The position numbers were made by a program, and so were the translations under genes. A DNA stretch of 64,000 bases, taken from contig JBFFSH010000001.1 of assembly GCA_041572575.1 (NCBI GenBank), positions 31,369-95,368 on the forward strand, given 5' to 3'. Positions 41,612 to 51,739 of the stretch are shown here, in pieces. The stretch is from Thermodesulfobacteriota bacterium (GTDB taxonomy: Bacteria; Desulfobacterota_D; UBA1144; Nemesobacterales; N074bin48). The notes under the pieces are model-generated. The model searched no databases. It worked only from the letters and a program-made list of their open reading frames with translations, and was not told the DNA's origin. Each line of letters opens with the position of its first letter. Within the stretch, counting starts at the first letter, position 1.

Positions 41612-42931
41612 ATGAATGCCAACAATAAAATAGTGGTTGTAGGAGCCGGTCTTGCAGGAACTGAGGCTGCATATCAGATTGCAAAAAGAAATATTGAAGT
41701 AGACCTATATGAAATGCGTCCTCATAAAAAGAGTCCCGCGCACAATACAGATAAGTTTGCAGAGCTTGTATGCAGTAACTCCCTTAAGTCCAACTATCTT
41801 GAAAACGCAAGCGGGATTTTAAAAGAAGAAATGAGAAGACTCGATTCGCTTATCATTAAATCAGCAGATAAAACAAGTGTGCCGGCAGGAAAAGCTCTTG
41901 CAGTCGACAGAACTAGATTCGCAGACCACATAACCAGTGTTTTAGAACAAAATCCTTATATAAATATTAAACGCAGGGAATTTGATAAAATACCAGTAAC
42001 CATCGGGACACCTGTAATCATTGCCTCCGGCCCCCTAACATCTAAAGACCTATCAAATGAATTAAGTAAAATCACCTGCACAGACTATCTTTATTTTTTT
42101 GATGCAATCTCACCTATAATAGAAGCTGAAAGCATTGATTTTGACAAAGCGTTTTTTGCATCAAGATATGATAAAGGTGAAGATGAGCAGGGGGATTACC
42201 TAAACTGTCCGCTTGATAGAGACGAGTATTACAGACTTATTGATGATATAATTTCGGCAGAAAATATTGAAGTAAAAGAGTTTGATGATGTGAAATATTT
42301 TGAAAGCTGCCTTCCTGTAGAAGTTATTGCCGGCAGGGGCAAAGATTCTTTGAGGTTTGGGCCTATGAAGGCAAAAGGCCTAACAGACCCAAAAACATCC
42401 AAACGCCCATATGCTGTACTGCAGCTTAGAAAAGAAAATTATGCAGGTTCTATGTACAACATGGTAGGTTTTCAAACGAGGCTTAAATACTCAGAGCAAA
42501 AAAGGGTATTCTCAAACATTAGCGGGCTTGAAAATGCCGAGTTTCTAAGATACGGAAGCATGCACAGAAATACTTATATAAACTCTCCAAAACTTCTCCA
42601 GCCCACGCTTCAGCTAAAAAATCACCCAAACATTTTTCTTGCGGGTCAGATTGTGGGGGTTGAGGGGTATGTAGAATCGGCAGCCATGGGATTAATAGCG
42701 GGTATAAATGCCGTTAAGCTCACTCAGGGTTGTGAACCGAAAATACCTTGTGAGCAAACTTCCATCGGGTCGTTACTAAAATATATTACAGACTCAGGCC
42801 TAAAAGAATTTCAGCCTATGAATATAAATTTCGGTCTTTACCCTGAAGTAGAAAAAAAATATACTAAAACTGAAAAAAGAAGGTATATTGCTGAACGGGC
42901 TTTATCTAAAATAACTGAATATATAAACTAA
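41612..42931 (+). CDS. trmFO: Folate/FAD-dependent tRNA (uracil-5)-methyltransferase
   Basis: [41 protein letters not shown]. Confidence 0.95.
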   Translation: MNANNKIVVVGAGLAGTEAAYQIAKRNIEVDLYEMRPHKKSPAHNTDKFAELVCSNSLKSNYLENASGILKEEMRRLDSLIIKSADKTSVPAGKALAVDRTRFADHITSVLEQNPYINIKRREFDKIPVTIGTPVIIASGPLTSKDLSNELSKITCTDYLYFFDAISPIIEAESIDFDKAFFASRYDKGEDEQGDYLNCPLDRDEYYRLIDDIISAENIEVKEFDDVKYFESCLPVEVIAGRGKDSLRFGPMKAKGLTDPKTSKRPYAVLQLRKENYAGSMYNMVGFQTRLKYSEQKRVFSNISGLENAEFLRYGSMHRNTYINSPKLLQPTLQLKNHPNIFLAGQIVGVEGYVESAAMGLIAGINAVKLTQGCEPKIPCEQTSIGSLLKYITDSGLKEFQPMNINFGLYPEVEKKYTKTEKRRYIAERALSKITEYIN

Positions 42932-42941
42932 TTTTTACAAG

Positions 42942-43832
42942 ATGACATTTCAAAAGCTTTTATTAGAATTGCAAAACTACTGGTCTAAGAAAAACTGCAT
43001 AATTTACCAGCCCTATGACCTTGAAAAAGGAGCCGGAACTTTTCATCCCGCAACTTTTTTAAGATGCCTTGGGCCAGAACCCTGGCAGGTAGCTTATGTA
43101 GAGCCATCGAGAAGACCCACAGACGGAAGGTATGGAGATAATCCAAACAGACTCCAGCACTACTATCAGTTTCAGGTAATAATCAAACCTTCTCCGGATA
43201 ATATCCAGGATTTATATCTGGACAGTCTAAAGCACTTGGGAATTAACCCAAAGGAGCATGACATAAGATTTGTGGAGGATGACTGGGAATCTCCCACCCT
43301 TGGCGCCTGGGGACTTGGATGGGAAGTATGGCTTGATGGAATGGAAATTACTCAGTTTACCTATTTCCAGCAGGCGGGCGGTATAGACCTCGATCCAATC
43401 TCGGTAGAGATTACCTATGGAACAGAGAGAATTGCCATGTACATTCAGGAAGTTGAAAATGTATATGATGTTGAATGGACAAAGGGAATATCATACGGAG
43501 AGATTCACCACAGAGATGAAGTCGAGTTTTCTACATATAATTTTGAAAGCTCGGATTACAAAATGCTTACTGAGCAGTTCGGCCAGTTTGAAAAGGAATG
43601 TGAAAATGCAGCAAAGAATGAACTTTCTTTACCTGCTTATGATTACTGCCTTAAATGCTCCCATACTTTCAACCTTCTCGACGCAAGAGGAGTGATAGGG
43701 GTTTCAGAGCGTGCAAACTATATTGGAAGAGTGAGAAACCTTGCCAAGATGTGTGCAGAGACCTATCTGGCCCAAAGAGAAAAAATGGGGTTTCCACTTT
43801 TAAAGAATAATCCCTGGACACAGAACAAATAA
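42942..43832 (+). CDS. glyQ: Glycine--tRNA ligase alpha subunit
   Basis: [44 protein letters not shown]. Confidence 0.97.
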   Translation: MTFQKLLLELQNYWSKKNCIIYQPYDLEKGAGTFHPATFLRCLGPEPWQVAYVEPSRRPTDGRYGDNPNRLQHYYQFQVIIKPSPDNIQDLYLDSLKHLGINPKEHDIRFVEDDWESPTLGAWGLGWEVWLDGMEITQFTYFQQAGGIDLDPISVEITYGTERIAMYIQEVENVYDVEWTKGISYGEIHHRDEVEFSTYNFESSDYKMLTEQFGQFEKECENAAKNELSLPAYDYCLKCSHTFNLLDARGVIGVSERANYIGRVRNLAKMCAETYLAQREKMGFPLLKNNPWTQNK

Positions 43833-45955
43833 TGGACAAAGACTTGATACTAGAAATCGGAACCGAAGAAATACCTGCTGGTTTTTTAGAAAGTTCCACT
43901 GCAAGACTAAAAGAAATAATCACAAAGGTTTTTTCGGACTTAAACCTGGGATTTAGTGATATTGCAGTTTACTACACACCCCGGCGAATTACACTTAGGA
44001 TTACGGGCCTGCCCGAAAAGCAAGAAGATATAACAGAACACCATACAGGACCTCCAAAGACCATAGCATATGATAATGATGGAAACCCGACAAAGGCAGC
44101 AATCGGTTTTGCAAAGAAATTCGGTCTTGATGTTAATAAATTAAAGCTTGTTGAAAATGACAAGGGACAGTTTTTGGGATTCACCAAGAACATTAAGGGT
44201 AAACCTACTGCCAAGATACTAAAAGAACAACTACCAGACATAATATTAAAAATACCCTTTCCAAAATCCATGAGGTGGCGTACGAGCAAAATATCGTTTG
44301 CAAGGCCGATAAGATGGATTTTATGCCTTTTTAATAATAAGCCATTAAAATTCAGCATTTATAACATAACAAGTTCAAACAAGTCTTATGGCCACAGGTT
44401 CCTAAGTCCAAAAAGTTTTAAGGTTGAGACATGGAATAGCTACATTTCCCAGCTTGAAAATTCATATGTTGTACTCGATCAGCACAGCCGCGCAGAAATA
44501 ATTGCCAGGGAAGTCAGGATTAAGGCAGAGGAATTAGATGGAAGAGTAGAAGAAGATACAGACCTGCTACAAACTGTTACAAACATAGTAGAATATCCCG
44601 TGGCGCTTACAGGAACCTTTGAAGATGAATACTTAGAAGTTCCACCCGAGGTTTTAGTGAGTGTGATGAAATATCACCAAAAATATTTCCCTGTTTATAA
44701 AAAAGAAAATCCATCCATAAGTGAAGGTTCGGTAAAATCTATTTCAGATATCAGGAAAATAAATAACCTGCTGCCTTATTTCATATTCATATCCGGAATA
44801 AAAGTTGATAACCCCCAAGTGGTGATAAAAGGAAATGAAAGGGTAATAAGGGCAAGGTTTAATGATGCCAGATTTTTTCTTTCTGAAGACACAAAACAAC
44901 ACCTTGAAAAATATATTGATAAACTAAAAACTGTCACATATCTGTCCGATGTCGGCAGTTACTATGACAAGAAAACAAGATTAGAAAAACTATCAGAATA
45001 CGTCTCTAATCTACCCGTCAATATTGATGAGCAGGATATCAAAAGGGCAGCCGAGCTTTGCAAGGCAGACCTTGTAACACAGATGGTTTTCGAATTCCCG
45101 GAGCTTCAGGGAACGATGGGAAAATACTATGCTCTAATCTCAGGAGAATCCCCAGAAGTAGCAACTGCTATCGAAGAACATTATATGCCTTTAACAAGGG
45201 ACGGAGAGCTTCCATCCACAGGGCTTGGAATGTTTTTAAGCATAATAGAAAAGTTAGATAACGTATGCAGCTGTTTTTATGCAGGACTCATTCCCACAGG
45301 AAGCGCAGATCCATATGCTTTAAGAAGACAGGCAATCGGGATTATAAGAATAATCATTGATAATAAAATTAATCTTAATATAAACAATTTAATAAATAGC
45401 TGGATAGAAAACTGTGGTCTGGAAATACCCCTGGAAAGCAAAGATAAGCTACGGGGCCAAATCCTTGATTTCTTTACAGAAAGATTTAGAAACTTCCTGT
45501 TAGAAGAACATCATTTTGACTTTGATGTAATTGATGCCGCATTATCAGTAAAGTTTGAAAACATACTGGATTCCATCAATGTTGTACAAACCATTACAGA
45601 ATTAAAAGAAAAACAGGACTTTGAATCGGTAACCACAGCTTTTAAGAGAGTAGTAAATATTACCAAAAACACTCAGCAGGGAACTGTAGACACATCGCTA
45701 TTTCTTCACGATGTAGAACACCAGTTGTATAAACAATTTAGAACCACAGAAAATGAAGTCACAAAAGATTTAGAGTCCGGCGATTATCAAAGCGTACTTG
45801 CAAAGATAGTCCAGCTGAGAATTCCTGTAGATAATTTTTTCGACAGTGTGATGGTTATGGATAAAAACCTGCAAATAAAAAATAATAGGCTATCCTTGTT
45901 GAATGAAATCAAAAATCTGTTTTTTAAGGTTGCTGATTTCTCCAAATTGAATTAA
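43832..45955 (+). CDS. glyS: Glycine--tRNA ligase beta subunit
   Basis: LEIGTEEIP, TPRR, FARPIRW, EFPELQG, GSADPYALRR. Confidence 0.95.
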   Translation: MDKDLILEIGTEEIPAGFLESSTARLKEIITKVFSDLNLGFSDIAVYYTPRRITLRITGLPEKQEDITEHHTGPPKTIAYDNDGNPTKAAIGFAKKFGLDVNKLKLVENDKGQFLGFTKNIKGKPTAKILKEQLPDIILKIPFPKSMRWRTSKISFARPIRWILCLFNNKPLKFSIYNITSSNKSYGHRFLSPKSFKVETWNSYISQLENSYVVLDQHSRAEIIAREVRIKAEELDGRVEEDTDLLQTVTNIVEYPVALTGTFEDEYLEVPPEVLVSVMKYHQKYFPVYKKENPSISEGSVKSISDIRKINNLLPYFIFISGIKVDNPQVVIKGNERVIRARFNDARFFLSEDTKQHLEKYIDKLKTVTYLSDVGSYYDKKTRLEKLSEYVSNLPVNIDEQDIKRAAELCKADLVTQMVFEFPELQGTMGKYYALISGESPEVATAIEEHYMPLTRDGELPSTGLGMFLSIIEKLDNVCSCFYAGLIPTGSADPYALRRQAIGIIRIIIDNKINLNINNLINSWIENCGLEIPLESKDKLRGQILDFFTERFRNFLLEEHHFDFDVIDAALSVKFENILDSINVVQTITELKEKQDFESVTTAFKRVVNITKNTQQGTVDTSLFLHDVEHQLYKQFRTTENEVTKDLESGDYQSVLAKIVQLRIPVDNFFDSVMVMDKNLQIKNNRLSLLNEIKNLFFKVADFSKLN

Positions 45956-46074
45956 TTGCTTGTATAAGTTTTATTAATTTTGGATTAAATTATATTTTTG
46001 TTGCTAAGAAATATGTATTTATGTAATATCTAAGACTAATTTAGTTAAATACATTCAGGAGGCACTCCTACACA

Positions 46075-47034
46075 ATGATTACTGACAATCCTTATGTAGC
46101 TTTAAAAGAAGAGATGGACAACCTTGTGGTCGGGCATGAAGATGTAAAGATGTCCTTACTTCTTGGAATAATATCAAGAGAACATATTTATATCGAGGGT
46201 CCTCCGGGAACAGCCAAGACCATGCTCTCAGAAATTATTTCAAGCGCTGCCCAGCTACAGTTTTTCTTTTATCAGCTTCATAGAGATACCAGGCTATCCG
46301 AAATAATAGGAGATTTGGTAATATCAAAAGAAAACACTGAAGAAGGCGAAGAAATAATTAAACAAAAAATTGTAAAGGGCGGCATATTAACCGCTGAAAT
46401 CTGTCTTCTAGATGATATATCAAGAGCACCGGGAGAATCACTGAATGTACTGCTTCGTATATTAAATGAAAGAAAATTTTTCAATGAGGATATTCCCCTT
46501 CTAACAGCAATAGCTACAAGTAACCCTACAGCCGATGAATATTACAATGAACCCCTCGATCCTGCTAACCTTGACAGATTTATCCTGCAGATAAACGCAA
46601 AGGGGCTTTCATACGGAAGAAAATGGGATGAAATATCTGAAGTAATTAAGCTATATTCAAAAGACTCAGACAAGCGCGAGGTGCCCGAAAGAGTCACAAG
46701 AAAAATGCTGGATACGTATTATAAGAAACTAAACTCTGTAAAGATTCCTGTAGAGGTACAGAATCTGCTTAAGAGTTTTGTAATGATATTAATTGACAAA
46801 TACGGTTTAAACGAAACCAATTCACTCATATCTGACAGGACTTTTTTCGTAAAATCCTTAAAGATTTTAAAATCACATGCTCTGCTCCATGATAGAAAAA
46901 GCTGCACCCCTGAAGACCTGAGAGCCCTTAGATATATGACTGCTTTCAGAGTTCCTGAAGAAATTCATGCAATGATCGACCAGATTATTGATGAGGTGAT
47001 TAATCAAAAAAAAAAGCCGAAGAAGAGCAAATAG
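46075..47034 (+). CDS. MoxR/RavA-type AAA+ ATPase (short, unshifted product)
   Basis: Walker A GPPGTAKT, Walker B LLDD, LLRILNER, ATSN, LDRF, SDR; ends QKKKPKKSK* just past the A10 run. Confidence 0.88.
   Translation: MITDNPYVALKEEMDNLVVGHEDVKMSLLLGIISREHIYIEGPPGTAKTMLSEIISSAAQLQFFFYQLHRDTRLSEIIGDLVISKENTEEGEEIIKQKIVKGGILTAEICLLDDISRAPGESLNVLLRILNERKFFNEDIPLLTAIATSNPTADEYYNEPLDPANLDRFILQINAKGLSYGRKWDEISEVIKLYSKDSDKREVPERVTRKMLDTYYKKLNSVKIPVEVQNLLKSFVMILIDKYGLNETNSLISDRTFFVKSLKILKSHALLHDRKSCTPEDLRALRYMTAFRVPEEIHAMIDQIIDEVINQKKKPKKSK
46993..47016 (+). other. Candidate programmed -1 frameshift / transcriptional slippage site
   Basis: GAGGTG (46993-46998), 11 nt, A_AAA_AAG (47010-47016) inside A10 (47006-47015); -1 frame opens after TAA 47001-47003. 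Confidence 0.65.
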
Positions 47035-48197
47035 CTAATACTAATCAGGAAGCAAACTTTGGAAATGACGACTCTAGAGATGCTGAAGAAGACAGAGAAC
47101 AGATTGCTCCAGATGAAGCAGAGGAGCATACAGACGATCAGCTTCATGAAGCCAAAAAGACCTTTTTTCAGGCGCTAAAAGAACTTAAGGACAATATAGA
47201 GCAGGACCCCGGATTAATCCCTCCACCTGAAGAAAAAACCAAGAGCGACCCCGATGGCAGACCAGCCGACAGTGGTGAGAAAAATGAAGACGATGAAGAA
47301 GTACGCTCACCCGAGGTCATTTATCCTAGCAAGTCAGAGTCCCCGGGAGATGAAGATGAATACTGGGTAGGTGGCAAGAAAAACCTAAGTACTGCCGATA
47401 ACATAAAAATGATAATGAAGGTTTTAGAAGGAAACTTTCAAAGAAGCTTAGCTCTACAGGCTGTCCATCCGGGTGGTTCTCCAAGAAAGTGGAAGAGAAT
47501 GACCACATTTGATGAAATGGAAGATATCGATCCATTTGAGGCAGTATTTTGGTCATTATATACCTCACCCAGTCTTCCCAGGGTTCATAGAAGAGAAAAA
47601 GAGGTTATGGGCGGCGAGATAGCAATCCTAAGAGACGTAAGCACCTCAATGATGGGAGTGTATAGTGAATGGTCATCATCAGTTGTAAAGGGAGTAATTC
47701 AGCTTGCAAGGTCAAAAAACATGAGGGTTGGTTATATTGAATTCAACCATAAATCATTCAAGCATGAAAAAAACGGCAATTTCTTTACCAGGGACTACAA
47801 CTGGATGATTGAAAGCGCTTCAAATACAGACTGCTCTGGAAACACAAACTACGAAGATGCACTTAAGGATGCTCTTGATGAATTTAAAGGTAAGGGGCTT
47901 AGAAACAAACATATTCTTTTCATAACAGACGGCATACCTACATCAGGGGACTGTGAAGTAATAAAAGAAAGAGAAAGGGCAAAAAAACTTGGCGTATGTA
48001 TTCACTCTATATTTATCGGCGCAAAAAACTTTCCAAGAATTCTGGAAAAAATTTCGGAGGAAACCCAGGGTGCACAGTTTATAGCGTCAAAGAGAGCCGA
48101 TGGAATTATAAGAATCGAGAGAAAGGACAAGAACTTTACAATGCCTGTAATCGAAAAGGCACACGTAGATCCGTTTGCAAGGGCTTTTAAAAGCTAG
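47004..48197 (+). CDS. -1 frame continuation: acidic/Pro-rich linker + von Willebrand A domain
   Basis: No stop from 47004 to the TAG at 48195-48197; 131 codons of acidic linker before first ATG (47409, no SD); MIDAS DVSTS, GNTNY, ITDG. Confidence 0.8.
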   Translation, partial: SKKKAEEEQIANTNQEANFGNDDSRDAEEDREQIAPDEAEEHTDDQLHEAKKTFFQALKELKDNIEQDPGLIPPPEEKTKSDPDGRPADSGEKNEDDEEVRSPEVIYPSKSESPGDEDEYWVGGKKNLSTADNIKMIMKVLEGNFQRSLALQAVHPGGSPRKWKRMTTFDEMEDIDPFEAVFWSLYTSPSLPRVHRREKEVMGGEIAILRDVSTSMMGVYSEWSSSVVKGVIQLARSKNMRVGYIEFNHKSFKHEKNGNFFTRDYNWMIESASNTDCSGNTNYEDALKDALDEFKGKGLRNKHILFITDGIPTSGDCEVIKERERAKKLGVCIHSIFIGAKNFPRILEKISEETQGAQFIASKRADGIIRIERKDKNFTMPVIEKAHVDPFARAFKS

Positions 48198-49204
48198 TTT
48201 CTCTTTCTGATCTGATAATTGTAGACTGCTCTTTGATGGTCTTTATAGCTCTTGGAAAAATAGTGGGTTCCATTTCCCATTGATACAAAGTATAAAAATT
48301 GGGTTTCATCCGGGTTCATTGCCGCATGCAGGGCTGCTTTTCCCGGATTGGATATTGGAGTAGGTGGAAGGCCGGGTATGTGATAGGTGTTATATTCTGT
48401 ATATTGCTCGATATCTCTTTTTCTTATATTACCGTCATATCTGTCTCCCATGCCGTATATGATGGTGGGATCACTATCAAGCTTCATCCCAATCCTCAGC
48501 CTGTTATGAAATACCGACGATATAGTTGTAAGTTCACTGCCGGCACCCGATTCTTTTTCAATTATCGAGGCAAGTTTTAAGATTTCATAATCGCTTAGAT
48601 TATTTTCTCCAGAGTAATGAGGCTTTAGTTCAGAAAAGACTTTATTGTGCATTTGCACCATGATCTTTATAAACTCTTTAGCAGTTACGTCCTTTCCATA
48701 GTGATAGGTTTCAGGAAATAAATATCCCTCAAAAGAGCCGATATCATTTCCCAGCAGCTCTTCTTGGAAGCTCTTGTCATCTAATAAAGCCATAAACTTG
48801 CTTGCTGAAAATAATTTATTCCTCTCAAATATTTGAGCTATTTCTTTTAAAGTAAGCCCCTCGGGTATAGTAATCTTCCGAAGCTTCACATCTCCTTTTA
48901 TAAGCTTGTCGGTTACATTTTTAATCGTAAGTTCTTTATCAAACTCATATTCTCCGGCTTTTAAACCTGATTCCAGATTGTTTATCTTTACATATAGAAC
49001 AAAGAGTTTGTCATTGAAAATTACTTTTTTATCATAAAGCTTCTTGGATATTTTGGTAACACTTTCCCCCTTTTGAATCTCAACAACTTTAGCGGTTGAA
49101 TTAAATGTAAATTGTTCTGTGTAATAATTGAAGAGATATAATGCCCCTGCTGAGCACAATACTAATAGAATTAATAAAGTAAGAAATATAGACCTTAATG
49201 ACAT
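48194..49204 (-). CDS. mltG: Endolytic transglycosylase MltG
   Basis: TIPEG, EGYLFPETY, LASIIEKE, YNTY..GLPPTPI.NPG. Confidence 0.93.
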   Translation of the reverse strand: MSLRSIFLTLLILLVLCSAGALYLFNYYTEQFTFNSTAKVVEIQKGESVTKISKKLYDKKVIFNDKLFVLYVKINNLESGLKAGEYEFDKELTIKNVTDKLIKGDVKLRKITIPEGLTLKEIAQIFERNKLFSASKFMALLDDKSFQEELLGNDIGSFEGYLFPETYHYGKDVTAKEFIKIMVQMHNKVFSELKPHYSGENNLSDYEILKLASIIEKESGAGSELTTISSVFHNRLRIGMKLDSDPTIIYGMGDRYDGNIRKRDIEQYTEYNTYHIPGLPPTPISNPGKAALHAAMNPDETQFLYFVSMGNGTHYFSKSYKDHQRAVYNYQIRKRN

Positions 49205-49226
49205 ATATAATTTATTACTAATTAAT

Positions 49227-50360
49227 CTAAATTATTACCAGATCGTCCCTGTGAATAATTTCATCACCGTATTTATAACCTAGTATTTTTTTAATATTGG
49301 AAGTTTTTTGTCCCGCAAGTTTTTTTATGTCTGCAGCACTATAAGAGCATAGACCCCGGGCAATTTCACTGCCGCTGCTATCAACACATACTACAAGCTC
49401 ACCAATACCAAAATCACCTTCTACATGCGTTATTCCGGAAGGAAGCAGGCTCTTTCCAGATGAGGTAATAGCATTTTTTGCCCCATCATCTACAAAGATT
49501 TTACCAAGGGGCTTATGGGCAAAAGCAATCCAGTGCTTTCTTCCTGTAAGCTTTTCCATAGCAGGAAGGAAAAATGTACCAATATTATCACCACTAAATA
49601 TTGCCGAAATATTTGATGGATCATTGCCATTTGCAATGATAGTCGGTACTCCAAATGCAGCAGCGCTTTTTACAGCTTCAATCTTAGTAACCATACCACC
49701 CGTAGTGGTCTTGCCATGGGTTTTACCTGCATATTTTTCTATATCACCATTTACTTCTTTTATAAGGCTTATCAGTTTTGCATCCTTATTTTCAGTAGGA
49801 TCAGCGCTGTAAAGCCCGTCAATATTGGTTAGTAAAATCAGCAGATCACCTTCAATAAGGCTTGTTACAAGTGCAGCAAGATTGTCATTATCACCAACCA
49901 TAATCTCTTCGTTTGCTACTGCATCGTTTTCATTTATTACCGGTATAATCCCCATTTTGAGAAGCTTAAAAATGGTTTTCCTTGCTGTAATAAACCTTTT
50001 TCTATCAGAAAACCCGGCGTGAGTAAGGAGCACCTGTGCTGAAATCTGGCTGTATTTTGAAAAAGATTGTTCATAAATCCCCATTAACGTGCTCTGACCG
50101 CATGCTGCTATGGCCTGTTTCATCACAATATCCTCAGGCTTTTGCTCAATATTGAGTTTTTTCATCCCTGCGGCTATTGCCCCTGATGAAACAACGATTA
50201 CCTCTAGCCCGGCAGATTTAATATGGGAAATTTGTGAAGCCAGTAAATCAAATATGTTTTCATTCAACTCACCGTTTTCACGAGTCAGCACGCTGCTGCC
50301 TATTTTAATTACTACCCTGTGAACCTTTTTTAAGTACTCTTTTCTCTCTGTATCGCTCAT
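49227..50360 (-). CDS. proB: Glutamate 5-kinase with PUA domain
   Basis: VIKIGSS, VSSGAIAAG, NEND, GDNDNL, TGGMVTK, IHRDD. Confidence 0.95.
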   Translation of the reverse strand: MSDTERKEYLKKVHRVVIKIGSSVLTRENGELNENIFDLLASQISHIKSAGLEVIVVSSGAIAAGMKKLNIEQKPEDIVMKQAIAACGQSTLMGIYEQSFSKYSQISAQVLLTHAGFSDRKRFITARKTIFKLLKMGIIPVINENDAVANEEIMVGDNDNLAALVTSLIEGDLLILLTNIDGLYSADPTENKDAKLISLIKEVNGDIEKYAGKTHGKTTTGGMVTKIEAVKSAAAFGVPTIIANGNDPSNISAIFSGDNIGTFFLPAMEKLTGRKHWIAFAHKPLGKIFVDDGAKNAITSSGKSLLPSGITHVEGDFGIGELVVCVDSSGSEIARGLCSYSAADIKKLAGQKTSNIKKILGYKYGDEIIHRDDLVII

Positions 50361-50432
50361 TCTATTTAGCTTTATTTCTTAGGTTAGAATTTGTTATTAT
50401 TAATTAAACAGATTATGTAAAATAATCCAATC

Positions 50433-50461
50433 TTGACAAGACAATTCAGTCTGGCTATCTT
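50433..50461 (+). promoter_or_regulatory. sigma70 promoter of tRNA-Gly
   Basis: TTGACA (50433-50438), 17 bp, TATCTT (50456-50461). Confidence 0.6.
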
Positions 50462-50473
50462 TAACACTCCTAA

Positions 50474-50550
50474 GCGGGAATAGCTCAGTTGGCTAGAGCG
50501 TCTGCTTGCCAAGCAGAAGGTCGCGGGTTCGAATCCCGTTTCCCGCTCCA
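50474..50550 (+). tRNA. tRNA-Gly (GCC)
   Basis: GCGGGAA acceptor pairs with TTCCCGC, anticodon arm TCTGC-TTGCCAA-GCAGA, TTCGAAT loop, CCA encoded. Confidence 0.97.
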
Positions 50551-50551
50551 T

Positions 50552-51157
50552 TTAATCTTCCATTTTTGTAAATCCATCTTGTGATTCTACTCTTTTAATC
50601 CAATCTTCCACATTGCTATATTTACTAAGATCAAAGCCGCCTTCGGGAGATACCAATATGTATGGAAAACAAGCCATATCGGCTACTGAGTAATCTCCTG
50701 CAAGAAATTCATTCCGGCTTAAATGCTGATCCAGTGTTGAGAGCATCTGCCCTCCGGCTGTATGGAGCTTTTGAAGTTCGTCTTTGTTATAATTGCCCTC
50801 TCCCAAAAATTTTTTATAAAACCTTGCAATAGCAAGATTTGGATCAACTGAAGTTTTACCAAAAATGAGCCACTGAGTTATAAGACCATATTTATTAGGA
50901 TCAGAAGATATATAGCTGTTTGGAGAGTGCTTGTTTGCAAGATAGAGCAAAATTGCATTTGATTCCCAGAGGATAAATCCGTCATCATCCAGTGTAGGAA
51001 TTTTCTGATTAGGGTTTAGCTCTGTATAAGTATCAGTCTTATGCTCGCCCTTAAATATGTCTATTGTTTCTCTTTCATAATCGAGCCCCAGATGACCAAG
51101 AAGAAGTCTAACTTTATAGCAATTACCTGAAAGCGGATGGTCGTATAATTTTATCAT
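50552..51157 (-). CDS. Glutathione S-transferase family protein
   Basis: SGNCYKVRL, NPNQKIPTL, ESNAILLYL, YSVAD. Confidence 0.92.
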   Translation of the reverse strand: MIKLYDHPLSGNCYKVRLLLGHLGLDYERETIDIFKGEHKTDTYTELNPNQKIPTLDDDGFILWESNAILLYLANKHSPNSYISSDPNKYGLITQWLIFGKTSVDPNLAIARFYKKFLGEGNYNKDELQKLHTAGGQMLSTLDQHLSRNEFLAGDYSVADMACFPYILVSPEGGFDLSKYSNVEDWIKRVESQDGFTKMED

Positions 51158-51158
51158 C

Positions 51159-51653
51159 TTAGTCCTGTATATACTGCTGGAATTTTTCGGTAAATTTTTC
51201 TTTACCCATGAGTTTATAAAGAGTATTTCTGTTGGGCATTAAATAAGTAACTTTGCTGGACGCTGTTACACTACCCTTTTCATCCAAAATATTTACGTCT
51301 ACTACCACTCTCCTGTTGTTGATTTCCCCGACTTTACCCCTTATTTCAATATCTTTTAATGTTTCTACCTTGCGTTTGTAACTAAGTTCGATATTTGCTG
51401 TAAGTCCAATTTTTTTTAATTTATCAAACATTGCCCAGAAAGCCACCTCGTCCATCAGCGCACATTGTATGCCCCCATGCAATATCCCCGGGAACCCCTC
51501 AAACTGCTTTTCCATATTCATCTTTGTAAATACCTCACCCGTTTCATCATCGGCAAAGAATTTCATTCTCAACCCCAGTTTATTTGACGGATCACAGGCA
51601 AAACAGCCATAATCAGAAAAGTCTGTAAATATATTTTCTATTTCTCTTATCAT
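51159..51653 (-). CDS. PaaI/hotdog-fold thioesterase
   Basis: CFACDP.N.LG, GILHGG..ALMDE. Confidence 0.85.
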   Translation of the reverse strand: MIREIENIFTDFSDYGCFACDPSNKLGLRMKFFADDETGEVFTKMNMEKQFEGFPGILHGGIQCALMDEVAFWAMFDKLKKIGLTANIELSYKRKVETLKDIEIRGKVGEINNRRVVVDVNILDEKGSVTASSKVTYLMPNRNTLYKLMGKEKFTEKFQQYIQD

Positions 51654-51739
51654 TGTATATCAAAATATTTTTGTTACAGGATTTTTGGTACAGGATAATA
51701 ACTGAAAATCGGTCTTTTTAAATTTAGACTCAAAGAAAT

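Noticed and set aside
47409..48197. vWA ORF as an independent gene starting at ATG 47409
   Set aside because: No SD before the ATG, and the frame is open with protein-like sequence for 135 more codons upstream, back to the A10 run.
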